From assembly GCF_009914755.1 (NCBI RefSeq), contig NC_060934.1: DNA of 64,000 nucleotides. One strand, 5' to 3'. This DNA is from the human T2T-CHM13v2.0 reference genome, Homo sapiens. Of the stretch, positions 19,803 to 38,149 are shown in pieces. A program made the position numbers and the translations under genes. The stretch's first letter is position 1, and every line of letters begins with the position of its first letter. The notes beneath the pieces are model-generated. The model was not told where the DNA came from. It worked only from the letters and a program-made list of their open reading frames with translations, and searched no databases.

Positions 19803-21061
19803 TGTCGATGAAAAGAGTCAAACCCTGTAAAATATTTGAAGAGATTTATTCTGAGCCAAATATGACTGACCGTGGCTGTGACACAGCCCTCAGGTCCTGA
19901 GAAAATGTGCCCAAGGTGGTTGGGGTGCAACTTGGTTTTATACAGTTTAGGGAGACATGATACTTCAATCAAATACACTTAAGAAATACATTGGTTTGGT
20001 TCAGAAAGGCAGGACAACTTGAAGTGGGGGGTGATTCCAGGGTATAGGTAGATTTTTAAATTTTCTAGCTGATGATTGGTTGAGTTTGTCTGAAGGCCTG
20101 GGATCTGTAGAAAGGAAACGTCTGGCTTAAGAAGATTGTGGAGCCCAAAGTTCTTATTGTGCAGAGGAAGTCTTCAGGTAGCAGGCTTCAGATAAAATAG
20201 ATTGCAAATGCTTCTTATTAGACTGAAGTTCTGTGTTGATATTAATGCCAGAGTGATAACAAGGATGCCTGATCCCCATTTCCCGTCATTGTTCCCAGAC
20301 TGAACCGAGGGTTGGGCTGCTTATTCTCATGGCCCAATAACGAGATGCAGATGAAATGGGAAAGAAGAGAGTTTACTTCTATAACCGGGTACAGGGAGAA
20401 GTCCGGGGAAATATTGCAAGACCAACTCAAAATTACAAAGTTTTCCACCGCTTATCTACCTTGTAAGTTTTATGTCTACATGTAAGCGTGCATTCATCTA
20501 AGGACATAAGTGATTAACTTCTTCCGATCTCTAACTAAGATCTGAGTCCTGAAGACCTTCCTCTGGAGCCTCAGTAAATTTGCTCAATCTAGATGCATCC
20601 AGATAGCTGGGTGATTACCCTTATCTTGTCTCCTGCTAAATCATGGAGGTTGGGGAGTTCCTTTAGACCCCAATAAAACTTGTTTGTGGTGGTCTGGAGA
20701 GTTCCTCAAGACCCCCAATAAAACTTGTTTAATCCTAAACTGATCCTGTTATGATTTTCTCTGTTATCTTGTCATGCTTCAAGGCCCAGGAAAGGCCTAG
20801 GCAAAACTCTTGGTGGGCTTTTGTTACATTCCAGCCTTTGTAGAAGGGCACTGGCTCTATCAGCTTTTAATATTTAACTTAACCAGTTAGTCAGTGCTGA
20901 AAGAGTTGCCATGGAGGCCTGCCTGTTCAACAGTTAGTGAGACCTGGCTTGCCACATCAAGGCCTGAGCCAGTCTTTGAGGTTATATTTTAAGAGTGCCC
21001 TGGCTGAGGAGGAAGTCCATTCACTGGTTGGGGTGCCTTAGAATGTTATTTTGGGCTTACA
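19803..21061 (-). mobile_element. ERV1 solo LTR, MER4A/MER4A1-like, split by PABL
   Basis: Reverse strand TGTAAGCCCAAAATAACATTCTAAG ... CAGAATAAATCTCTTCAAATATTTTACAG...TCGACA. The two halves rejoin across 20290-20956. Confidence 0.85.
20290..20956 (-). mobile_element. ERV1 solo LTR, PABL_A-like, nested in MER4
   Basis: Reverse strand TGTGGCAAGCCAGGTCTCACTAAC ... GTCTGGGAACA, 667 bp, internal repeat ACCCCAATAAAACTTGTTT, TSD TCAT/TCAA. Confidence 0.8.
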
Positions 21062-22249
21062 AAGGTAAGCTGGAATTCTTTTTACTTCCTAGGAACAGTG
21101 ATATCATTACTATGGTGATGAACATATTTGTTTTACTACATTTTTAAGTAAGCCAAATTGTCTTTTGGTAAAGTAAGAGAATGGTATTCAGTGCCTCTAT
21201 TGGGATTAAGTAGTGATAGCTTTTCGACCTACAAAGGCAGTTCAGTGTACCAAAAAGAGCCTGCAAGTGCAAATCACAGTGACACACATTTCTCTGCTGT
21301 TTTCACAATTTGTACAGCCTAGCCAAATTGCTGATCTCCACTGAGCCTCAATTTGCTTTTCTAAATGGGAGAAATCAACACCATAGAGAACTCTGTTACC
21401 TCCCTACAGCTGATATGAAATACTATGACTACTGTTTCTCTAACCACAATATTTCCTTTTTTAGTATTTACACATTTCTCATTTTAATGTTTCTGGCTCT
21501 GAAATATTTCTTACAATCTATGTATATAGTTAGTGTGAGGATATGGTTTTCTTTTTTTATTTCCTGAGAAGTTGTCATTAAATTGCTGGTATGCCTTACA
21601 ATGAATGAGATCTCCGGACCCAAAAAACACAGAACCTAAAGTCACCAAGGTGGTGACTACACACTATGGTTAAAGGGTCTTAATAGGAAAAGTCAACTCA
21701 TACAAAAAATAAAAATAAAAAAGGGTTTTTTTTTAAATTGATGTCCACAACATTTTGATTATCTCTAATAGGGCCAAATTATTTAATTTGCAAAGAAGTT
21801 TTAGTAAATAACAAGTCTTTGTCTGTATAACTAATATAAAAAACTTATCTCCTGTTTTAAAAATGAGCCAACAGATTTAGAAAGGTTCATAGTTATAGAA
21901 TCATTAAGTCTGTCCTTCCATTTCTTCCAAGTATCCATTACTCTTACTCTTCTTCTATAGATAAGGGCTTAGAAGCCAGAAGGTATATTAAGAAAGCTGT
22001 TGAAATAATTTAAGTTAAAAATAAAAGGAACCTAAAGCATTTGGCAGCAATGAGACTGTAGAAGAGGGGAAAGAATAAGAATGTTTCCGGAGTAGAATCA
22101 ATAGAATTCCATAAGAGAATACAGGAAATCCATGAGGGAAACAGACCTCTAGACTGAAGGATTAAAGACTTTCTCACTTACTTAGATGCTACTTGTTCAT
22201 CATGTAACTTAAATGACAACCTGCCTTTTAGCGATTGTCAGCCACCTAC

Positions 22250-23103
22250 TGATAGAGAAGCATGGAAGGGAAGTTCTGGGAAGGGAAGGGTGTGGTCCCT
22301 TTAAATAATAGACAAGGAGGACGGGAAGTGTGGGGAAGGGAAGGGCATGGTCCCTGGCCCAGGGATCCACTCCCGGCTTGTGCCCACAGACCTACATGAG
22401 AACAGGCACACCTCCCTTTGCACCCAACTGTTGCATTTCCCAAGTCCATCCTGGCCTGCCATGCCCCCATCCTGTGCCTATAAAAACCCCAAGACACTAG
22501 CAGGCAGACACACAAGCAGCTAGACATCAAAAGAAACACATGGAAGAAGGCACAAGCAGCTGGATGTTGAGAGCCATCAAGGGGAGCACTCCTGTGGAAG
22601 AGCACACGATGGATGCTGGCATGCTGGCAGGCCATCAACTGGGGAACAAGGTGGAGTTTGGCCGGGGCAGTTGGAGGAGAGCCTGGGCCGCTGAGGAGCC
22701 CAACTCCAGGGAAAAACCATCTCCCTTCTCCTACCCCATCTGCTGAGAACTACTTCCACACATTAAAACTTTGCACTCATTCTCCAAGCCCACGTGTGAT
22801 CTGATTCTCATGATACACCCCAGATACCGAAAGCCCTCTGTCCTTGTGACAAGGCAGTGGTCTAATTGAGCTGACTAACACAAGATGCCTAAGGACGGCT
22901 AAACTAAAAGAGCACCCTGTAACATATGCTTACTGGGGTTTCAGCTGTAAACATTCACCCCTAGACACTGCCATGGGGTTGGAGCCCCACAGCCTGCCCA
23001 TCTGTAGGCTCCCCTAGAGGTTTGAGCAGTGGGGCACTGAAGAAGCGAGCCACACCCCCATCACACACCCTGCGAGGGGGGTGAGGGAACTTTCCCTGTT
23101 TCA
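22250..23103 (+). mobile_element. ERV1 solo LTR, LTR1 family
   Basis: TGATAG...GTTTCA ends, GGAAGGGAAGGG repeats, TATAAAAA at 22479, ATTAAA at ~22762, perfect TSD CTAC. Confidence 0.85.
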
Positions 23104-23458
23104 CTACTTGTAGTCAGCAGTTACATCCTGTGGAAATGTCCATAGCAGAAAGGATCTCAGCCACTGAGTAAAAATTTGGCAATTACTTAAAATGACTAAT
23201 TTATTTATTCATTGGAAAATATGAAAAGACCATTTAACTCTCCAGGAACTTGAAAAAAAATGATGTTAGGGAAGTTCTAGGATGACTGAGCAACACATTT
23301 CAGCCTCATGGAAAGAAAAGGAATAGAGAAAACCAGTAAGATAATCAAATAAAAATATTAATTAATGTCGGCAGAGATTTCTAACATAGCATCTATTTGA
23401 TAATAAGATAAGGCTATACAGAAAGAGAAAACACAAATTAGAAAAGGTTTTTGACGTT

Positions 23459-23950
23459 TGTAAAAAGAGAACAAAATATCAGGACCTTCCAAATTTATTA
23501 TGCCAAGGGGAAAAGTTAAGCCCTGGAAACTGATTCATGTAACACTGTGGTTTTTCTTCTCTGGTGCATGATCACAGCTCCCTAACCTTTGTGTTGAGAT
23601 GTTACCCATTAACTGAATTCCCTGTTCTTTATTCAAACCTAGACTAAATGACATTGAGATAGAGAAACTTGTGATTGTTATCTCTTTACAATAGAATGCC
23701 AGGCAACCCTTTAGAGTGTAATCAATAGTAGCCAACCAAATCTTGTAACTGTATGTTATCCTTTGTATGAAAAATGCAATTCTTTTTAGCAACTCTGTTT
23801 TGCCCGTATAAACAATCTTCATTTTTCCCAATGCAGGGAGCACTGATCATTCTTTTGTGTAGATTTGCTCCTTGGCTGGCTACCCTCATACTTTGAACTT
23901 GAATAAACTCTTAACTGGAACTTGAGCCTTTTGATGATTTTAGGTTAACA
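23459..23950 (+). mobile_element. ERV1 solo LTR, MER4-group (subfamily uncertain)
   Basis: TGTAAAAA...GGTTAACA ends, ATGCCAAGGGGAAAAGTTAAG motif, TATAAA, AATAAA. TSD CGTT/TGTT, consistent with CpG decay. Confidence 0.75.
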
Positions 23951-23979
23951 TGTTAAAAATACAAAAATTAAAAAGTCCG

Positions 23980-24750
23980 CTTAGATTCTGCACTCCTGGT
24001 AATACTGGGAGCAAGGCATTTCTGACCCTAATTCCTGGAGGAAATGAAAATTAAAAAAAAAAAAAAACTTTTAAAGAAATTGGCTTTACATTCTGGAAAA
24101 AGTTAAAAGACAGAGATAAGTGGCTAGGCCAACTTCCAGGGAAGCACAGGAATCCAGAGGTGAATGTAGCACTTACATACAAAGCCTATTTTGCCCCTTA
24201 AGCATTTGCTTATGTTGCAAACTTGTAGCATTTTGGTTCTGATAGACTCACAGACCGAGTGGTAAAAAATCCAGGCTCAGGAAGGCAGGTATATAAAATA
24301 AGACACTCCCACATTCTCACCTGAATGAGAGCCTATGATCCCACTGTCAAGATAATGCAGTATCAATACCAAAGGGATGAAAGAACCCTGGGAAATATTC
24401 CTGATACATTTTATTGATGAGCTAACTCTACACAAATTTGCAGCTCAGGTTTCCATTATTTTTCAAGGACAATGACGGTAAATAAAAATGAATAAAACAG
24501 CTGGCAAGGAAAGAAGACACACCGTAAGTGAGAACTAGGAAAAAAGACCAAGATAGTCATCAGATATCGAAGTGTCCAAACATAAATTATGACATAATGA
24601 TTCTTGCCATTAAAAATAATACAAGAAAAATGTAAAAATGTCAAGAATCAGAAAAATAGAAAATGAATTATCAGATTTAATAAAGAAAATGAAATACCTA
24701 GAAACAACAACAAAAATGTAATAAATAGAATTATAAGCTAATAGATAGCA
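23980..24750 (+). mobile_element. Ancient L1ME-type 5'/ORF1 fragment
   Basis: A-rich, degenerate ORF1 coiled-coil-like segment near 24550-24750; boundaries approximate. Confidence 0.45.
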
Positions 24751-25817
24751 TTAGCTATTCTATTTCTATAATTAATAATAATATTGGAGTTCTCAGGGTG
24801 GTTCCAAGATAGCCAAATAGGAATAGCTCTAGTCTACAGCCCCCAGTGTGAGCGACGCAGAAGGCGGGTGATTTCTGCATTTCCAACAGAGGTACTGGGT
24901 TCATCTCACTGGGGCTTGTTGGACTGTGGGGGCAGGACAGTGAGTGCAGCACACCAAGCATGAACCGAAGCAGGGTGAGACATCACCTCATGTGGGAAGC
25001 ACAAGGGGTCAGGGAATTCCCTTTCCTAGCAAAGGGAAGGGGTGACAGATGGCACCTGGAAAATCGGGTCACTCCCACCCTACTACTGTGCTTTTCCAAT
25101 GGTCTTAGCAAATGGCACACCAGGAGATTATATCCCCCACCCGGCTCGGAGGGTCCCACGTCCACAGAGCCTCGCTCATTGCTAGCACAGCAGTCTGAGA
25201 TCTGCAAGGCAGCAGCGAGGCTGGAGGAGGGGCACCCGCCATTGCTGAGGCTTGAGAAGGTAAACAAAGTAGCCAGGGAGCTCGAACTGGGTGCAGCCCA
25301 CCTCATCTCAAGGAGGCCTGTCTGCCTCTGTAGACTCCACCTCTAGGGGCAGGGCATAGCTGAACAAAAGGCAGCAGAAACCTCTGCAGACTTAAATGTC
25401 CCTGTCTGACAGCTTTGAAGTGAGTAATGGTTCTCCCAGCACGGAGTTTGAGATCTGAGAATGGACAGACTGCCCCCTCAAGTGGGTCCCTGACCCCCGA
25501 GTAGCCTACCTGGGAGGCAGCCTCCAGTAGGGGCAGACTGCAAACTAACACAGCAGGGTACCCCTCTGAGACGAAGCTTCCAGAGAAATGATCAGGCAGC
25601 AGCATTTGCTGTTCAGCAATATTCACTGTTCTGCACCCTCCATTGCTAATACCCAGGCAAACAGGGTCTGGAGTGGACCTCCAGCAAACTCCAACAGACT
25701 TGCAGCTGAGGGTCCTGACTGTTAGAAGGAAAACTAACAAAAAGAAAGGACATCCATACCATAACCCCATCTGTACGTCACCATCTTCAAAGACCAAAGG
25801 TAGATAAAACCACAAAG

Positions 25818-26830
25818 ATGGGGAAAAAACAGAGCAGAAAAGCTGAAAATTCTAAAAATCAGAGTGCCTCTCCCCCTCCAAAGGAACGCAGCTCCTCGCC
25901 AGCAATGGAACGAAGCTAAATGTAGAATAAGACTTTGACAAGTTGAGAGAGGAAGGCTTCAGAAGATCATATTTCTCCGAGCTAAAGGAGGAAGTTTGAC
26001 CCCATTGCAAAGAAGCTAAAACCCTTGAAAAAAGATTAGATGAATGGCTAAATAGAATAACCAATGTAGAGAGGCCTTAATGACCTGATGGAGCTGAAAA
26101 ACATGGCACGAGAACTACATGACAAATGCACAAGCTTCAGTAGCCGATTCAATCAACTGGAAGAAACAGTATCACTGATTGAAGATCAAATGAATGAAAT
26201 GAAGCAAGGAGAGAAGTTTAGAGAAAAAAGAGTAAAAAGAAATGAACAAAGCCTCCAAGAAATATGGGACTATGTGAAAAGACCAAATCTACGTCTGATT
26301 GGTGTACCTGAAAGTGACAGGGAGAATGGAACCAAGTTGGAAAACACTCTGCAGGATATTATCCAGGAGAACCCCAACCTAGCAAGGCAGGCCAACATTC
26401 AAATTCAGGAAATACAGAGAACGCCACAAAGATACTCCTCGAGAAGAGCAACTCCAAGACACATAATTGTCAGATTCATCAAAGTTGAAATGAAGGAAAA
26501 AATGTTAAGGGCAGCCAGAGAGAAAGGCCGGGTTACCCTCAAAGGGAAGCCCATCAGACTAACAGCTGATCTCTCAGCAGAAACTCTACAAGCCAGAAGA
26601 GAGTGGGGCCAATATTCAACATTCTTAAAGAAAAGAATTTTCAACCCGGAATTTCATGTCCAGCCAAACTAAGCTTCATAAGTGAAGGAGAAATAAAATC
26701 CTTTACAGACAAGCAAATGCTGAGAGATTTTGTCACCACCAGGCCTGCCCTAAAAGAGCTCCTGAAGGAAGCACTAAACATGGAAAGGAACAACCGGTAC
26801 CAGCGACTGCAAAATCATGCCAAATTGTAA
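25818..26830 (+). pseudogene. L1 ORF1p, multiply disrupted
   Basis: ATGGGGAAAAAAC start; REKG, ARR and PAKLS motifs spread over frameshifted pieces. Confidence 0.9.
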
Positions 26831-26893
26831 AGACCATTGAGACTAGGAAGAAAATGCATCAACTAACGAGCAAAATTACTAGCTAACATCATA

Positions 26894-30689
<3,796 letters not shown>

Positions 30690-30989
30690 ACAATGAGAAC
30701 ACTTGGACACAGGAAGGGGAACATCACACACCAGGGCCTGTCACAGGGTGGGGGGAGGGGGGAGGGATAGCATTAAGAGATATGCCTAATGTAAATGACA
30801 AGTTAATGGGTGCAGTACACCAACATGGCACATGTATACCTATGTAACAAACCTGCATGTTGTGCACATGTACCCTAGAACTTAAAGTATATAAAAAAAA
30901 AAAAGAACAGTACTTCTCAACTGGTATACCACGTCACAAGTATATCTTTATCCTTTCTCAAACATGTGCGAAAATATCTATACATATAT

Positions 30990-31849
30990 TAAATTTTTTT
31001 GTGTAGCCGAATATGTAGGTGAAGTGCACACTGATGTTTCACTTGGCTGAATAAAATAAGAGGTGAGAGAAAAAAATAATAATAATGATAATATTGAATA
31101 CTGATATTGAAAACATGTTCATTTACATTGGGGGCATTCGGTTATACCAGTCCATGAAGTGTCTTTTCAAGTTTTCCATTCAGTAGTTTTTTTCTTCATT
31201 TTTCATTGATTTAGAAAGTTTCTAAAAATATATTCTGTATGAGCTCTTGGATACATAGATAATAGATAATAGAAAGGTAATCATTTATAAATATATATAA
31301 AATAATGTTATATATACACACACATAAATATATTTTAAAATATGTGTTTTCTCCAAGGCTTCCTCTAAGTCTACAGCTTGCCTATTCTCTATCATAATGG
31401 TGTCTTTTTAAAATATCTTAATTTTAATAAAATCTAATTTATTAATTTTCTAAAGGGTGAATAGATTGTGTTCTGTTTAAGAAAACTTTTCCCAGTACAA
31501 AATCAAAAATTTTCTGTTTTCTTTTAGAAGTTGTATTGCTTTACAATTTATGTTTTAGAATCTATCTCTAATTAATTTTTGTACATGGTGTGAGGTAGGA
31601 ATCAATACTTTTTTCTTTTTTGATTCTAATTGACCCAGTACTACTTATTAGAAGTACGATTCAAACCCCAGTGCATTTCAGTGACACCTTTGTTGTATAT
31701 AAGATGGTTGTAAATGTATTCATTGATTTCTCTCTTCTGTTCCACTAGTCTATTCATCTAGACTTGTACCAAAACAACACCATCTTAATTATTGTTACAT
31801 TACAAGAGATCTTGACATCCGGCAGTGCAAGTTCTCTAACTTTGTTAGT

Positions 31850-31850
<1 letters not shown>
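30990..31850 (-). mobile_element. Ancient L1ME ORF2 fragment
   Basis: T-rich antisense L1 signatures (AATTAATTTTTGTACATGGTGTGAGGTAGG). Confidence 0.6.
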
Positions 31851-35170
<3,320 letters not shown>

Positions 35171-35526
35171 TTTCACACTAAAAGAAGAGAGAAAAGTACA
35201 TTAACATAATAAGCATACAATGTCAGAAACATTGGTGAAAAAGATTTTAAAATTCTGGAAAAATAGAGTTTCATTAGAAATATGGAAAAAATAGAAGTAA
35301 GGAACTTGGAAGATAAACAACAGAAGATGCAATAGCATTCTAATAAAAATTGTAGAATAAGAGCAAAAAAATTAATCATGGTAATGCAAAGATGGGAAAT
35401 AAGAATTTTCTCAAGGAGAAGCTTGTTAAGACTTCACATTGAAGAGCTCCCTGTGTTCAAGTAGGGCTTTTTTTTTTTTGTCTAATGCAGCTGAAATTTC
35501 TAAATTTCAAGAATAAAGAGAAAATC

Positions 35527-35823
35527 AGCTGGGCGTGGTGGCTCACGCCTGTAATCCCACCACTTTGGGAGGCTGAGGCGGGTGGCTCACCTTGAAGTCA
35601 GGAGTTCGAGACCAGCCTGGCCAACATGGTGAAACCCCCGTCTCTACTAAAAATACAAAAATTAGGCAGGCATGTTGGCAGGCACCTGTACGCCCTGCTA
35701 CCCCAGAGGCTGAGACAGGAGAGTCGCTTTAACTCAGGAGGCGGCAGTTGCAGTGCGCCAGATCGCCCCACTGCACTCCACCCTGGGCAACAGAGCATGA
35801 CTCCGCCTCAAGAAAAATAAATA
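35527..35823 (+). mobile_element. AluS (Sx-like), unusual substitution pattern
   Basis: Full dimer. Perfect 14-bp TSD AATAAAGAGAAAAT at 35512-25 and 35824-37. Confidence 0.92.
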
Positions 35824-35984
35824 AATAAAGAGAAAATAAGGAAAAGGTTTAGGGCAGAAAGAGAAATGTGTCTAAACATAAATTATCTACTGATTAGACT
35901 TATCTTTAATAAAGAATGCTGGGAGAAAATGGAAAAATGTTTTTCAAATTCCAGAGTAAAGTAGTTTTGACACTGTTTTTGAAT

Positions 35985-36200
35985 TAACTAACATTTCTAC
36001 ACACTGTTTTAAGTGCATTACATGTAATACTCCATTTATTCCTCACATAAGTAAATCGGTATTTTTATGCGTTTTTTACAGATGAAGAAAATGAGGCAGA
36101 GTGTTAAGTAACTTCTGTGAAGTTATACAGTTAGTAAGAAGCAGAGTGGGATTCAGGATCACACAGACAGATTTGAGAGTTTGTGCTTCTAATCTCTATA
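35985..36200 (-). mobile_element. MIR
   Basis: TTTTACAGATGAAGAAAATGAGGCAGAG...TTAAGTAACTT core. Confidence 0.8.
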
Positions 36201-36639
36201 CATCTTTCTAGAAAAAAAATACCTGACCAAATTATTATTTACTTAAGCCTGGGGTGGTGGGCAGGGAGATATTTGGGGCAAACAAAGTCTCAGAAATTTT
36301 GGTATCAAGGAATTATCTTTGAATAACAGAAAAATTTACTTGAAAATATAATCTGGCAATTTTGTTATTTATCTTCCCCAGAAAGGGAAGACAGCAGTTG
36401 TAAAACATTCCAATTTATTTTCCAGTGCATTCTGCCTCACTATAGAAACCTCTTGAATGTCGTGGCACTAATGGAGCAAAAGCCCAACCCAGCATATTCC
36501 CCAGTGTATACTCTCTCTCTGCCTATATCTGAAAAGCCAAAGGCAATTGGAGAATTTAACTTATAATTACATATTTTTGTCACAAATTCATGAACGTAAC
36601 CGCAAATGTGCATGCAAAACTTCTAGGCAAACGTACTCT

Positions 36640-38020
36640 GCTTCTCTCTTTTACATGCGTCCTCACTTTCTGCAATAACGATTTTATACTTTCCCACTCT
36701 CCTCAAACACTCCACCTCTCAGTCCTAACCCCACTCCCTACAGATGCCTGGCCTGCTACTTAAGAGAAAATTAAATTAGAATCCTTCGGTCTTCCTCTGA
36801 AGACCATACCGACCAGTATCTGCCTCCATTCCCTCCTGTTAAAAAAGATGAACTGTCCTTCCTTGTATTCAATTCTGATTCCTCTACCCATCGTTAGAAA
36901 CCCTATTCTCACATAACTTAAATTGCATGCCTTTCTGTCTAGTATAATCAATATCATCATTTCGATTTAATTTCTCATTGAATATGCTCTATAAAATCAT
37001 GATCCAGCAGCTTTTTCCAGATATAATCTTCTCTTCTTTTAGATGAACCAATTTCAAAAAGGTTTATACTCATTATTTTTGTTTATCCTTCCTTCACTGA
37101 ATTATCAGACAAACCAGCTATCTGTTCCATTACATCTCTAAAGCAGTGCTTTCTATAGTAGCCATGTCACTAAGTCTAGTGGATATTGTTTAGTCTTTGT
37201 TCTGTTTCACCTCCCAGTAGCTTTCCAAACTATTTTACTACATTTTTCATTGAAGCGTTGTCTTCTTTTTTCATTACTGGCTCCTCTCTTTCTTTGTTTT
37301 CTTCCTAATTTCCTGACAGCTTCTCAGTTTTATTTCATAAGACACCTCCTCTTCATCTTGACCATTGAAAGTTGAAGTTCTTCAACGCTGTAGATTAGGG
37401 CCACTTTTCCTCTGATTGTCTGCTGTCCCGTGCTATCCAATATTGGCCCACAGTGTCAATTACCAATTTAGTGAAGACTCTCAAATCTCCAACCTAAACT
37501 GCTCTCTGAGCTCCAGGAAGACCTGAAATTTCCATGTAGATGTCTCAAGTTCACATCAAACTAATGGCATGTATTCAAACTAAGATTGTGATCTTCACCT
37601 TCTGTAATCCCATGACAACTGGGATGAAACAACATAGGGCAAATATCAGAATCATTTTCATACTTTCATTTCCTCTCCTGTTTTATCACGAAGTCCTATT
37701 GATGTTACATCCTGAACCATTACAAGCTGCCATTGTTTCTTCTGAAGACTACAAAAATATTCCCTCAGTGGTTAACCCACAATGTTCAGGCATAGTCTCC
37801 AGACCATTTTCCATGCTGCTTTCTGCAGGATCTTTTAAACAATTTATTACAACCATCTTCTCTCAATTTAAAAATCTTCGGTGGAGTTCTTCACTTCATT
37901 GCTTAACAATGTTCTGCATGATCTATTACCTACTAACACTTCAAAACTTATCTTGTACCTGCAGCCCTGAAATTTTGCAATTATTTCTTTGCCTTTGCAC
38001 ACTTGAGTAATCCAGCCTCT
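36640..38020 (+). mobile_element. L2 fragment
   Basis: CT-rich strand with L2 motifs (TCAAATCTCCAACCTAAACTGCTCTCTGAGCTCCAG; GATGTCTCAAG). Confidence 0.65.
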
Positions 38021-38149
38021 CCCACATCTAATCTTTTCATCTGTGTATGTATGTTGTGTGTTTTTGTGTGTAGATATGTACATATGTATATTTACACATA
38101 TATCTACCTACATGTTTGTGTAGACGTATATGTATATATATATATTTTT

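Noticed and set aside
21061-21070. Strong splice donor AAG|GTAAGC abutting MER4 (also 15721-15730)
   Set aside because: No supportable upstream acceptor or reading frame; such motifs are frequent by chance.
22246-22804. Overlapping 60-130 aa ORFs
   Set aside because: Chance ORFs in a GC-richer LTR1 solo LTR; no gag, pol or env similarity.
30905-31100. Possible 3' transduction after the L1PA5 (AATAAA at ~31050, A-rich run, ATAATATTG matching the 5' flank)
   Set aside because: The match is short and AT-rich, and an antisense L1ME appears to continue across the run. A small insertion flanked by TGAATA explains it better.
37540-38010. 156-aa ORF
   Set aside because: Lies within L2 decay; no recognisable domain.
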